Source: Patescibacteria group bacterium
Lineage (GTDB): Bacteria > Patescibacteriota > Dojkabacteria > GCA-002793355
Direction: 5' to 3'
Assembly (NCBI GenBank): GCA_016860985.1
Contig: BOKM01000001.1
Location: 984,040-1,048,039 of the forward strand
Length of the DNA stretch: 64,000 nucleotides
Shown: positions 1 to 9,099 of the stretch, piece after piece
Layout of the letters: every line of letters starts with the position of its first letter
Numbering within the stretch: the stretch's first letter is position 1
Notes under the pieces: model-generated
What the model saw: the letters and a program-made list of their open reading frames with translations, nothing else
Database searches by the model: none
What the model was told of the DNA's origin: nothing
Position numbers and translations under genes: made by a program

Positions 1-168
1 AGTGTCTAATAACCCTAAATACGCGCCAATTATAGCAGAAATCACCAAAACGGCAAGCATATTTATTGCAATGTCTTTTAAACTTGGCCACTGAACTGCC
101 TTGAACGACATAAGAATATCACCAAGGAGTGGAATTTTAACTTTTGTTTTTAAAGACAGTTTTGCCAT
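1..168 (-). CDS. secE: Preprotein translocase subunit SecE (runs off window edge)
   Basis: Manual translation MAKLSLKTKVKIPLLGDILMSFKAVQWPSLKDIAINMLAVLVISAIIGAYLGLLD: VxWP motif plus TM helix; canonical rpmG-tRNA-Trp-secE order. Confidence 0.9.
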   Translation of the reverse strand, partial: MAKLSLKTKVKIPLLGDILMSFKAVQWPSLKDIAINMLAVLVISAIIGAYLGLLDT

Positions 169-218
169 GTTTGTTTTTAATAAATATTTGTGTACGCATT
201 ATTACACATAAATTCCCA

Positions 219-289
219 CAGGGGTACTCCGACTCGAACGGAGAACAGTGGTTTTGGAGACCGCCATTTTGCCATTAAACTATACCCCC
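219..289 (-). tRNA. tRNA-Trp(CCA)
   Basis: Reverse complement folds as a cloverleaf: GGGGGTA/TACCCCT acceptor, loop CTCCAAA, T-loop TTCGAGT; CCA end not encoded. Confidence 0.95.
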
Positions 290-295
290 TCGACA

Positions 296-463
296 CTATT
301 TGATTTTTGTCTCGTTGTGGTCAGTATGTTTTTTGCATGTCTGGCAGAATTTGCTCAAAGCCAATTTCTCTGCACCGGCCTTCGTTCCACGTACGGTTGT
401 ATAGTTGATATGACCGCACACGCTGCATTTCATTCTGACGTATTGTGTTTTACCCTTTTTCAT
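296..463 (-). CDS. rpmG: 50S ribosomal protein L33 (zinc-ribbon type)
   Basis: Not in the ORF track; manual translation MKKGKTQYVRMKCSVCGHINYTT...KFCQTCKKHTDHNETKIK (55 aa, two CxxC). Confidence 0.95.
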   Translation of the reverse strand: MKKGKTQYVRMKCSVCGHINYTTVRGTKAGAEKLALSKFCQTCKKHTDHNETKIK

Positions 464-529
464 CGGTTCTTCACTGATATTAAACGTGCTTCTTTACTCT
501 TAAGCTCCGATATTATAGACTATGAAGGT

Positions 530-1204
530 ATGAAACTCAACCTCTCACCACGTCTTGGGATTATTGTCATGATTCTGGTGTGGGGCTTCTTAGTCTTTTA
601 TTATTACGCACCACTTACTTCGTTTGTGACTACTCACGTTTTGCAAAGTTTTCATTCTACAGCGTATCAAGGAAAGATTTATGAGTTAGAACTCGTTGAC
701 AAAACAAAGTTTCAAGCCCGCGAGGCAGCATTTGTAAGCAGTAGTTATACCTCTGAATTTGGTATCGGCTCCGATATAGCTACTCTTGATGGCAGGGCTG
801 CTGCGTTACGCAAATATTTAAGAGATCAAGGTTCACCCTTAACACCGTATGCGGAACTAATAGTAAAAGAGGCTGATACATACAAACTTGATTGGAGGTT
901 GGTTCCTGCTATTTCAGGTATTGAGTCAAGATTTTGCCGTATAACGCCAGTTGATACAAATAATTGTTGGGGATGGCGCGGCGGACCAGGTGGCACATGG
1001 CAAAAATTTGAAGATTATGGTGTTGGCATTAAGGTGCTTACTTCTCGTTTAGCTCTTGGTTATGGAACTAACTTGACTCCATACGACATTGAGCCAGCTT
1101 ACTGCCCTCCTTGTGCTGCGAGTGGTCACAATTGGGCGCGAGCTGTAACACAATATATGCAAGGAATGTCTTTGTACCTTGATAAAAGTCGGGTGACACA
1201 GTAA
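530..1204 (+). CDS. Membrane-anchored lysozyme-like/glucosaminidase-domain protein
   Basis: N-terminal TM; LVPAISGIES and NCWGW motifs; start moved to ATG 530 because the longer ORF overlaps tRNA-Trp and rpmG. Confidence 0.65.
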   Translation: MKLNLSPRLGIIVMILVWGFLVFYYYAPLTSFVTTHVLQSFHSTAYQGKIYELELVDKTKFQAREAAFVSSSYTSEFGIGSDIATLDGRAAALRKYLRDQGSPLTPYAELIVKEADTYKLDWRLVPAISGIESRFCRITPVDTNNCWGWRGGPGGTWQKFEDYGVGIKVLTSRLALGYGTNLTPYDIEPAYCPPCAASGHNWARAVTQYMQGMSLYLDKSRVTQ

Positions 1205-1217
1205 AATATCACACAGA

Positions 1218-1289
1218 GCGGGCGTAGTTCAGCGGTAGAATGTCTGTTTTCCAAACAGAAGATCGCGAGTTCGAATCTCGTCGCCCGCT
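1218..1289 (+). tRNA. tRNA-Gly(TCC), integration target of island 1
   Basis: GCGGGCG/CGCCCGC acceptor, TCTGT-TTTCCAA-ACAGA anticodon arm, TTCGAAT T-loop. Confidence 0.95.
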
Positions 1290-1290
1290 T
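1274..1290 (+). repeat. Left att of island 1 (17-bp direct repeat AATCTCGTCGCCCGCTT)
   Basis: Identical to 18159-18175; corresponds to the tRNA-Gly 3' end. Confidence 0.9.
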
Positions 1291-1469
1291 TTTTTATATC
1301 GTGCACAATATATCGTCAACGAGCTATTTCCTTAAAAATATCACTAATTATCGAGACTTCTCCATTGGATTACTTGACAAACTTTTTACCCTGGTTTCTC
1401 TGTTGGAAGAAAATGAAAATTATACATGAACTATAAAAATAGCACTCGAAATTTGCTTATAGGTCTAGA

Positions 1470-1499
1470 TTGCTCTTAAGTACTACCATGTAGTAGAAT
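1470..1499 (+). promoter_or_regulatory. Promoter with BlaI-type operator 1 (TACTAC-CAT-GTAGTA, 1481-1495)
   Basis: TTGCTC-18 nt-TAGAAT with the palindrome overlapping the spacer and -10. Confidence 0.75.
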
Positions 1500-1536
1500 A
1501 ACTAATGAACCATAATAGTTATAACCTACTCAATTG

Positions 1537-3426
1537 ATGTCAGAAATATTTAAAAACAAAAAATTACAATACCTTGCACTAGTAGCAATATTTGCTTTGA
1601 TTCTAGAAATCTTGGGAATCTTTCAACTTCACTTGCCAGCAATACTCGAAATACCTATTTATATTTTAGTAATACTAATTATTGGAAGAAAGGTGCTTTT
1701 GGGCGGTGTGCAGTCCTTGTTTAGATTCAAGTTCTCTAATATTAATTTACTTATGACTGTTGCTATTTTAGGAGCTATTTTAATAGGTGAAATCGAAGAA
1801 GCTGCGGTAATAGTTGCGTTGTTTGCCGTAAGTGAAACACTTGAAGACCTTGGTATTGAAAGTAGTCAATCAAAAATTGAAAGCCTTATTAATAAAACTC
1901 CTAAATATGTGACTTTGAAAACAGGCGAGAAAGTATCTATTGATAAAGTTTCTATTGGGGATATGTTCATTGTTAAGCCAGGAGAAACAATTGGATTAGA
2001 TGGTAAGGTTTTGTATGGGGTATCAAGCATTGATGAGTCATCTATAACTGGTGAACCTCTTCCCTCAGAAAAGGTAATTGGCTCAAATGTTTATGCCAGT
2101 ACGATAAATAAAGAAGGATACTTGGAGATTGAGGTAACGAAGTTAGCAGAAGGTAGTGTTGTTCAAAGAATAGTTGAATTAACTTCTATGGCTACTCTAA
2201 ATAAAGCAAGTTATCAAAAAGTGATTGAGAAATTCTCTAAATACTATACCCCTGCTGTTCTATTACTAGCAATTTTAATTGTACTAATTCCAACAGTATT
2301 ATTTAATCAAAGTTTTCTTGAATGGTTTGAGCGTGGTATTACATTGTTACTTATTGCTTGTCCATGTGCATTAGTTATCTCAACTCCTATATCTATTTTT
2401 TCGGCAGTAGGTAATGCATCAACAAAAGGAATAATAATCAAAGGTGGAAGATTTTTAGAGGAGTTGGGCTCGGTTAAAGCAGTTGCATTTGATAAAACAA
2501 GAACATTGACGTTGGGTAAACCTGAAATTAAAGAAGTAATAACTTTCCAAGGAGCATCTAAAGAAGAGGTTTTAGCATGTGCGGCTGGAATGGAAAATCA
2601 TTCGGAACATCCTTTGTCACAGGCTGTAATTCAATATGCAGAAAAAAACAGACTGACTTTACATAAAGTAAAAGATTTTAAGTCAATTACTGGGAAAGGA
2701 ATCTCAGCAGACTGTCTGATATGTAATGTAGGAACACATTTGTTAGGAAATCTTGAGCTGATTATAGAAAACAAAAATGATGTGACTGAAGAAATAAAAG
2801 ATACGCTTAACACTATCCAGTTGCGAGGAGATACGCCTATACTATTAGCTGATAATAACGGTGTAAAAGGAATTATTGTTATTACTGATCAGATAAGACC
2901 AGAAGCTAACAACCTAATTGATAACTTGAATAAACTTGAAGTAACTCCAATTATGTTATCGGGTGACAATACTAAGACTGTTTCCTCTGTTGCAAATTCA
3001 TTACATATAAATGACTACTATGGTGATTTACTACCTGAAAATAAAGTCGAAAAGTTGAAAGAATTACAATCAAAGTATAAGACAGTTGCTATGGTAGGTG
3101 ATGGAGTCAATGATGCTCCTGTACTAGCAACATCAAATATTGGCATAGCTATGGGGGCAGTTGGCTCTGATGTCGCTATTGAATCTGCAGACATAGCTTT
3201 GATGAATGACAATATAGAATTAATTCCCTTTCTTATTAAACTGGGGAAATATACAAAGAGCACGATTCAATTTAATATTGGTCTAGCATTAATTACAAAA
3301 TTGATAGCATTAGTGTTAGCTAGTCTTGGCATTATTGGGCTTAGTTTAGCAATTTTTGCTGACGTTGGAGTTACAATCATAGTAATCCTTTTGAGCTTAA
3401 ATATTTTCAATTTTAATCAAAATTAA
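1537..3426 (+). CDS. P1B-type heavy-metal ATPase, Zn/Cd (P1B-2-like), no N-terminal metal-binding domain
   Basis: TGE, CPC, DKTRT, SEHPL and GDGVND motifs; Lys and ADxG in the last TM helices. Confidence 0.85.
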   Translation: MSEIFKNKKLQYLALVAIFALILEILGIFQLHLPAILEIPIYILVILIIGRKVLLGGVQSLFRFKFSNINLLMTVAILGAILIGEIEEAAVIVALFAVSETLEDLGIESSQSKIESLINKTPKYVTLKTGEKVSIDKVSIGDMFIVKPGETIGLDGKVLYGVSSIDESSITGEPLPSEKVIGSNVYASTINKEGYLEIEVTKLAEGSVVQRIVELTSMATLNKASYQKVIEKFSKYYTPAVLLLAILIVLIPTVLFNQSFLEWFERGITLLLIACPCALVISTPISIFSAVGNASTKGIIIKGGRFLEELGSVKAVAFDKTRTLTLGKPEIKEVITFQGASKEEVLACAAGMENHSEHPLSQAVIQYAEKNRLTLHKVKDFKSITGKGISADCLICNVGTHLLGNLELIIENKNDVTEEIKDTLNTIQLRGDTPILLADNNGVKGIIVITDQIRPEANNLIDNLNKLEVTPIMLSGDNTKTVSSVANSLHINDYYGDLLPENKVEKLKELQSKYKTVAMVGDGVNDAPVLATSNIGIAMGAVGSDVAIESADIALMNDNIELIPFLIKLGKYTKSTIQFNIGLALITKLIALVLASLGIIGLSLAIFADVGVTIIVILLSLNIFNFNQN

Positions 3427-3446
3427 TATTATTAATAATAAAAGAA

Positions 3447-3812
3447 ATGATAAGACTAACTGGTGAATTAGAACAATTAGTTTTAAAGATTTTAAAGGAA
3501 GAGAATAAGCCTTTGATACCTGCTGAGGTGCAGAGACTAATTCAGCCGAATAAGAGTCTTGCATATACTACAGTAATGACTGTATTAAAACGATTATATG
3601 AAAAGAAGCTTTTGAAAAGAGAAAAGCATAGTACTGCATTCGCCTATAGCTATGTAAAGTCAGATTCTGGCACATCAGATTTGAAAAATATTTTTGATGG
3701 ACTGTTAACATCTTATGGTGATATTGCCATCTCAAATTTTTTTGATTCAGTAAACACCAAGCCCGAACATAAAGAATTGTTAAAGGAATACTTGAAAAAT
3801 GCAAAGAAATAA
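3447..3812 (+). CDS. BlaI/MecI/CopY family repressor 1
   Basis: LGELE-like start, AYTTVMTVLKRL recognition helix; no C-terminal CxC. Confidence 0.9.
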   Translation: MIRLTGELEQLVLKILKEENKPLIPAEVQRLIQPNKSLAYTTVMTVLKRLYEKKLLKREKHSTAFAYSYVKSDSGTSDLKNIFDGLLTSYGDIAISNFFDSVNTKPEHKELLKEYLKNAKK

Positions 3813-4728
3813 TTATAAAAATCATAAAATAGCTTTCAACGTCCTTGTTTATATGTTGTGGAGCATCTATTTTATGACTCTACTATTGGCAACATTCAAG
3901 TTATTATCAGGGATTGCAATGTACAGCGTTCATACATTGGAAGCCATCTCTAATCAGTTACCACTTTATAACGTTATTACGCCATTAGAGTTAATTCTTT
4001 ATTTTATATTTTCCGTCATAGTTTTTAGTCTGTGGATCAAAATATTTAAAGCATCTACCAAATTAGTTAAAGTAATAAAAGAAACTAATCGATTTCTAAA
4101 GAATCATTCCGCGATCTACTCCAATGAGTTAAATGTATATGTAATTGACACTAAAAAATTACTTGCATTTACATCAGGTATACTGAAATTTAAGATATTC
4201 ATCTCAAAGGGTGCAATTAATTCATTAAAAGAAGAAGAGCTCGAAGCAGTTATTCTGCATGAGATGCATCATGTGAGAAGCTTTGATCCTTTAAAAAATA
4301 TTATTAACAATTTTGTAGAGCGGTCAACACTGTGGTTTCCATTAAAAGAACAGCTTTTTCAGAACTATAATACTATCTCAGAACTTTCAGCAGATAAATT
4401 TGCTAGCGACAGTATGAAATCCGAGGATTCTCTTTTAAAGGCCTTAAATAAGCTTCTAAATATTTCAAATCCAACAGCATTTAGCATTGCAACGTTTATC
4501 TCAAAATTAGAACGAATTCCGATATTAACAGGTAATACTATTTTTTCTTTTAAAAGCAATTACTTAGTACTCCTAGTAAGTATTGGGATCATCTCATATC
4601 TTGGAGTATCACTAAATAGTTTTAACCCCATTGATAAATGCGATGATTTCAATCAGTGTGTCAGTTCTCTGTTAACGAAGGATCAGATGTTAGAGTCTGA
4701 CACAGGAATGTCGTGTATTAGTAATTAG
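3799..4728 (+). CDS. M56 (BlaR1-like) membrane zinc protease 1 with Cys-rich C-terminal tail
   Basis: TM helices, AFTSG, HEMHH, DPL and ELSAD motifs; overlaps the repressor by 14 nt. Confidence 0.85.
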   Translation: MQRNNYKNHKIAFNVLVYMLWSIYFMTLLLATFKLLSGIAMYSVHTLEAISNQLPLYNVITPLELILYFIFSVIVFSLWIKIFKASTKLVKVIKETNRFLKNHSAIYSNELNVYVIDTKKLLAFTSGILKFKIFISKGAINSLKEEELEAVILHEMHHVRSFDPLKNIINNFVERSTLWFPLKEQLFQNYNTISELSADKFASDSMKSEDSLLKALNKLLNISNPTAFSIATFISKLERIPILTGNTIFSFKSNYLVLLVSIGIISYLGVSLNSFNPIDKCDDFNQCVSSLLTKDQMLESDTGMSCISN

Positions 4729-4770
4729 ATAGGCTTTTTAGGCTGTTCTTAAAATATTCTATTTTTAGGA

Positions 4771-4806
4771 TTGACACATACAATTTAATCTACTACACTG
4801 TAGTAG
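4771..4806 (+). promoter_or_regulatory. Promoter with operator 2 (CTACTAC-ACT-GTAGTAG)
   Basis: TTGACA-17 nt-TACACT; the -10 lies inside the palindrome at 4790-4806. Confidence 0.85.
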
Positions 4807-4832
4807 TTTAAATTGTTAGTATATTCCTTAAG

Positions 4833-5720
4833 ATGAAGAAGAATGAGAAATTACCAATAGATTTTGAGAAAGTTGGTGAAGAGATTGTAAAAAAAGAGCG
4901 AGTAACTCATATTTCAATTAGTACTGAATTATTAATACCTATTTCAATATTTTTTGGCGCAATTATTATCTCGTTATCAATTTTCTTTAGCTTTAGAGGA
5001 TTGAACATATCATCCAACACTAATACAGCGAAAGCTCCTGATGCTACTACAGAGGTGCAACAGCAAGCACAAGCTCCAGATAATCCAACTGTTAGTATAG
5101 ATAAGGTTAAATCATTATTTAATGGCGGCGGAATAAGCTTTGGTAACGAAAATAGTAAGCTCTTATTTGTCGAGTTTTCAGATCCTAGTTGTCCATATTG
5201 TCATATTGCAGGAGGTAAAAATCCAGAACTAAATAAACAAGTTGGAAAACAGTTTGTCTTAAAGGCGGATGGCGGTACGTATGTTGCTCCTGTACCAGAA
5301 ATGAAAAAGTTAGTAGATGAAGGCAAGGCATCATTTGTATGGATCTATACAAATGGCCATGGAAATGGAGAATTGGCAACTGAGTCTCTTTACTGCGCAA
5401 AGGAAAAAGGAAAGTTTTGGGAAGCACATGACTTGTTGATGAGCAATTCAGGATATTCGCTTATTAATGACACAGTTAAAAATGATAGAAGTAAATCACC
5501 AGAACTAGCTAAATTCCTGAGCTCTGTGATAGACAGTTCCTTTATGCAGGGATGTTTAGAAGGTAAAAAGTATAATGCGAAAATTGCTGAAAACCAAAAT
5601 TTGGCTAGAAGCATGGGAGTAAGTGGTACACCAGGATTCTTTGTAAATGAAACTAATTTCGCAGGTGCATACAGTTTTAATGATATGCAAAGTGTTGTAT
5701 CGGAGGCATTGTCTAAATAA
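4833..5720 (+). CDS. Membrane-anchored DsbA-like thiol-disulfide oxidoreductase
   Basis: TM anchor, EFSDPSCPYC, GVSGTPGFFVN. Confidence 0.85.
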   Translation: MKKNEKLPIDFEKVGEEIVKKERVTHISISTELLIPISIFFGAIIISLSIFFSFRGLNISSNTNTAKAPDATTEVQQQAQAPDNPTVSIDKVKSLFNGGGISFGNENSKLLFVEFSDPSCPYCHIAGGKNPELNKQVGKQFVLKADGGTYVAPVPEMKKLVDEGKASFVWIYTNGHGNGELATESLYCAKEKGKFWEAHDLLMSNSGYSLINDTVKNDRSKSPELAKFLSSVIDSSFMQGCLEGKKYNAKIAENQNLARSMGVSGTPGFFVNETNFAGAYSFNDMQSVVSEALSK

Positions 5721-5724
5721 TAAA

Positions 5725-6384
5725 ATGGAAAATAATATGAAAGGTTTTGCAATTGGAGTTACTCTTATTTCATTCATTATGCTCTTCGGATTTGTTTATC
5801 TTCTTGGGAAATCTACACCTTCCCAAGAGGATAATGCTTCAATCCTGAGTATTGATAACGATGATTGGGTATATGGTAATAGAGATTCTAAGGTTGTTCT
5901 GGTTGAATATGCTGATTACGAATGTGAAGCATGTGCTGCAGCCTCGCCTATGGTTGAAACTATTAAAGCGGAATATAAGGACAAGATAGCTTTTGTTGTT
6001 AGGTATTTTCCTTTACCTGGTCACCGATATTCAAAACAATCGGCCTATGCAGTAGAATCAGCAGGCAAGCAGGGTAAATACTGGGAAATGAATAAATTAA
6101 TGTTTCAAAATCAAACTGATTGGTCTGGTAACCCTAAGAGTGATGAAATCTTTAGAGGTTATGCACAAGACTTAGGGTTAAATATTGAGCAATTCAATGC
6201 TGATACAAGTTCAGTACAAACAAAAGACAGAGTTGATCATGATTTAAAAAGCGGAAAAGATTTGAACATTCAAGGGACCCCAACTTTTTTCTTGAATGGT
6301 AGAAAAATACCTACACCACGTAATATTGAAGCTTTTAGAAATCTTTTGGATGAAGAAATTAACAAATCAAGCACGATAGAATAA
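5725..6384 (+). CDS. DsbA/BdbD-like thioredoxin-fold protein
   Basis: EYADYECEAC, RYFPL, IQGTPTFFLNG; start is ATG 5725 or 5737. Confidence 0.85.
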   Translation: MENNMKGFAIGVTLISFIMLFGFVYLLGKSTPSQEDNASILSIDNDDWVYGNRDSKVVLVEYADYECEACAAASPMVETIKAEYKDKIAFVVRYFPLPGHRYSKQSAYAVESAGKQGKYWEMNKLMFQNQTDWSGNPKSDEIFRGYAQDLGLNIEQFNADTSSVQTKDRVDHDLKSGKDLNIQGTPTFFLNGRKIPTPRNIEAFRNLLDEEINKSSTIE

Positions 6385-6386
6385 AT

Positions 6387-7607
6387 ATGAATATATTTGG
6401 TATAAATACAAACCAAGCTAAAACAATAGACAGTAATTTCGCGTATCTTGATCAGAATAAATATTTTTATTTCGATTCAGCATGTCAAACACTCAGACCG
6501 CAAGTAGTCATACAATCAGAACAAGATTACTATCAAGAATATAATGCTTGTGGACATAGAGTAAAGTATGAATGGGGCAAAACTGTTGATAGCCTTACTG
6601 ATGAGACGAGAGAGCTACTTCTTAAAGCCGTTAACAAAACTTCTAAAGAATATACTGTAGCCTTTTGCTTAAATACTACTCATGGAATCAATACGATTCT
6701 TCATCAATTAAATCCTAATTTATACGATAGGATTGTAACATCTGAAATTGAACATAACTCAGTCTTCTTAAATGCCTTAACATGGAGTAAAAGAAACAAT
6801 AAGAAAAGGATTGTATGTAGTAGGCATGAGGATGGCGGATTGGAATATAAGAAAGAAGATTTGAGTAAAGCAGTTGTACTTGTAAACGAAACTAGCAATA
6901 TCGATGGGAGAAGACTTACTAATATAAATGAATTAGCTAAAGATGTTCACAATGTAGGTGGGATTATCTTACTAGATGGTGCTCAAACATTTGGTCATGA
7001 CATTCATTTCCTAAAAGATATTGATTTCGATGCAATTTTGGGCTCTGGACATAAGATGTATGGACCAAGTATAGGATTTATTATTGTAAAAAAGTCATTA
7101 TTAAAAAATTTAGATAACTACCTGATTGGTGGCGGTACTGTTGAAAATGTAAGATATAATGATTTTGATCTTGTTTCAAATGATGATGAATTATATGCTC
7201 GAATAGAAGCAGGATTACAGAATTTTGCAGGAATAATAGGACTCGGTAGTGCAATAAAATGGAAAAGTGATTTTCGGTATGGAAGTCTTAATGCCACAGA
7301 ATATGAGCAAGAATTGAAAACATATTTACTGCAAGAACTTTTGAAAATAAAATCAATTAATCTACTGAGTTTAAATCCAAGCTCAGTTGTTTCCATATAC
7401 TCCAATAAAATTGATGCACATAAATTAGGTGCGCTGCTTTCTACAAAACAAATAATGTGCAGAACTGGATATTTTTGTTGTCACTATTATTTAAAGGAAC
7501 TCAAACAGTTACCACCACTACTTAGAATTAGTTTAGGGTTAAATAACACAAAAGAACAGATCGATTTTTTGGTTGAGAACTTAGATTTCATTATTAGTAA
7601 ATTTTAA
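6387..7607 (+). CDS. SufS-like cysteine desulfurase/selenocysteine lyase (class V PLP enzyme)
   Basis: YFDSA, EHNS, DGAQ, SGHKMYG (PLP Lys) and RTGYFCC motifs. Confidence 0.85.
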   Translation: MNIFGINTNQAKTIDSNFAYLDQNKYFYFDSACQTLRPQVVIQSEQDYYQEYNACGHRVKYEWGKTVDSLTDETRELLLKAVNKTSKEYTVAFCLNTTHGINTILHQLNPNLYDRIVTSEIEHNSVFLNALTWSKRNNKKRIVCSRHEDGGLEYKKEDLSKAVVLVNETSNIDGRRLTNINELAKDVHNVGGIILLDGAQTFGHDIHFLKDIDFDAILGSGHKMYGPSIGFIIVKKSLLKNLDNYLIGGGTVENVRYNDFDLVSNDDELYARIEAGLQNFAGIIGLGSAIKWKSDFRYGSLNATEYEQELKTYLLQELLKIKSINLLSLNPSSVVSIYSNKIDAHKLGALLSTKQIMCRTGYFCCHYYLKELKQLPPLLRISLGLNNTKEQIDFLVENLDFIISKF

Positions 7608-7618
7608 AATCCAAAACT

Positions 7619-8659
7619 ATGCTTTGTATAATAATATTCGTACTCTTTCTGCTTTTTTTTCCAATAGGAATGTTTTCAAAAACGTACCGTAATCTTTTTA
7701 AAAAAGCATGGATATGCGCATTCAAAAAAATTACTCTAAAACCGTGTGATGAAGACTTTGGAAGCGAAATTAAAAATCTAATTGTAGGGAAATTGTTTTT
7801 CAGATTTCCCCGAATTGCAAAATTTCTTGATAAAACAATGACTTTCTGGGCTATACTTTTCGTCGTTCTATCTGTTTGGAGCTTGCTTTATACAGCTAAT
7901 GCTGGATTAAACTTGTGGGTCTATGATACATGTAATCCGACAAATGGTGAGTCTTGTTCACTTGGAGGAGAATCATGTGGATTAAATACTGAACAAGCAC
8001 CCAGCATAATTGAAACTCTTTCAAGAGTACCTGAGCGATTTAAAAACTGGCAAGCAAAGGAATACGTTTCAGAAAGTGCTACATACTACAATCCGTATGA
8101 TACCTCGAAATCTGATGCCGTAGAATTTATTGATCCAGGATGTCGATTTTGTAAAAAACTTTGGGGCAACATAAAAGAATCAGGTTTTGAAAACGAGCAT
8201 AATTTAACGTATGTTGTCTACCCTATACCTCAAAAGGATTCTAATTCGGGATACCACTTTCCTCATTCTTATTACATTTCCTCTGTTTTAGAATCAATTA
8301 AATTAAGTCCTCCGCCTGAGATAACTAATTCAAATATTCCAAACGATTGGAGACTATTAGATAAATTGTTTACTGCGCAAGATGATAAATATAAAACAGA
8401 CCTGCAAAACGCAATAAACACGCTTTACACAAGAGAGGAAGTCACATTAATTATTCATGGCTACTTACGAGAATTTGGCTATAGTGATTATCAGATTATT
8501 GAAATTGAAAAATTGGCTAAGTCGGATAAGGTACAGGATAGTTTGAGTAAACAAGCTACGATTGTAACTGATAAAGTTAAGACAGTGAAAATACCAACAA
8601 TTATATTTAATGGAAAGCGTTTTGACAGGGTTGTAGATAGAGAAACTTTATCAAAGTAA
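7619..8659 (+). CDS. Cys-rich membrane protein with C-terminal thioredoxin/DsbA-like domain
   Basis: N-terminal TM segments with several Cys; FIDPGCRFC; KIPTIIFNG. Confidence 0.65.
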   Translation: MLCIIIFVLFLLFFPIGMFSKTYRNLFKKAWICAFKKITLKPCDEDFGSEIKNLIVGKLFFRFPRIAKFLDKTMTFWAILFVVLSVWSLLYTANAGLNLWVYDTCNPTNGESCSLGGESCGLNTEQAPSIIETLSRVPERFKNWQAKEYVSESATYYNPYDTSKSDAVEFIDPGCRFCKKLWGNIKESGFENEHNLTYVVYPIPQKDSNSGYHFPHSYYISSVLESIKLSPPPEITNSNIPNDWRLLDKLFTAQDDKYKTDLQNAINTLYTREEVTLIIHGYLREFGYSDYQIIEIEKLAKSDKVQDSLSKQATIVTDKVKTVKIPTIIFNGKRFDRVVDRETLSK

Positions 8660-8673
8660 TTTTACTAGCCTCT

Positions 8674-8708
8674 TTGAAAATTTGCCAAAGCATGCTACAC
8701 TTGTAGTA
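8674..8708 (+). promoter_or_regulatory. Promoter with operator 3 (TGCTAC-ACTT-GTAGTA)
   Basis: TTGAAA then extended -10 TGcTACACT; contains TACAnnTGTA. Confidence 0.75.
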
Positions 8709-8733
8709 GTTATTTTATAGTAATTTAATAAGT

Positions 8734-9099
8734 ATGAAATCTTTAGTCCTTGGTGACCTCGAACAAGAAATATTATCAATTATTTGGGCTTCAAAAGAGC
8801 CAATGAATGTTCGAGCTGTACTCGAACAACTTAAAGAAAAGTCGGCATATACAACTGTTATGACAGTGATGACAAGAATGGAGAAAAAAGGTATTCTTAA
8901 ACGAATACCTGATGGTAATTCGTATGTATATACTTATACGGAAGATAGAGAAGAATTTGCGGGTAAACACTTAGGTGAAATTTTTAACTCATTAGTAGAC
9001 ACATATGGAGAGTTGGCAATTTCACAATTTGTCGATTCTATGAAAAGTGATAGCAAAAATGTTAAACTTCTCAAAGACTTTATAAATAAAAATGAATAA
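8734..9099 (+). CDS. BlaI/MecI/CopY family repressor 2
   Basis: LGDLEQEILSIIW, AYTTVMTVMTRM; no C-terminal CxC. Confidence 0.9.
   Translation: MKSLVLGDLEQEILSIIWASKEPMNVRAVLEQLKEKSAYTTVMTVMTRMEKKGILKRIPDGNSYVYTYTEDREEFAGKHLGEIFNSLVDTYGELAISQFVDSMKSDSKNVKLLKDFINKNE

Noticed and set aside
248-529. N-terminal 94 aa of ORF 248..1204
   Set aside because: Antisense to tRNA-Trp and rpmG; the real gene most likely starts at ATG 530
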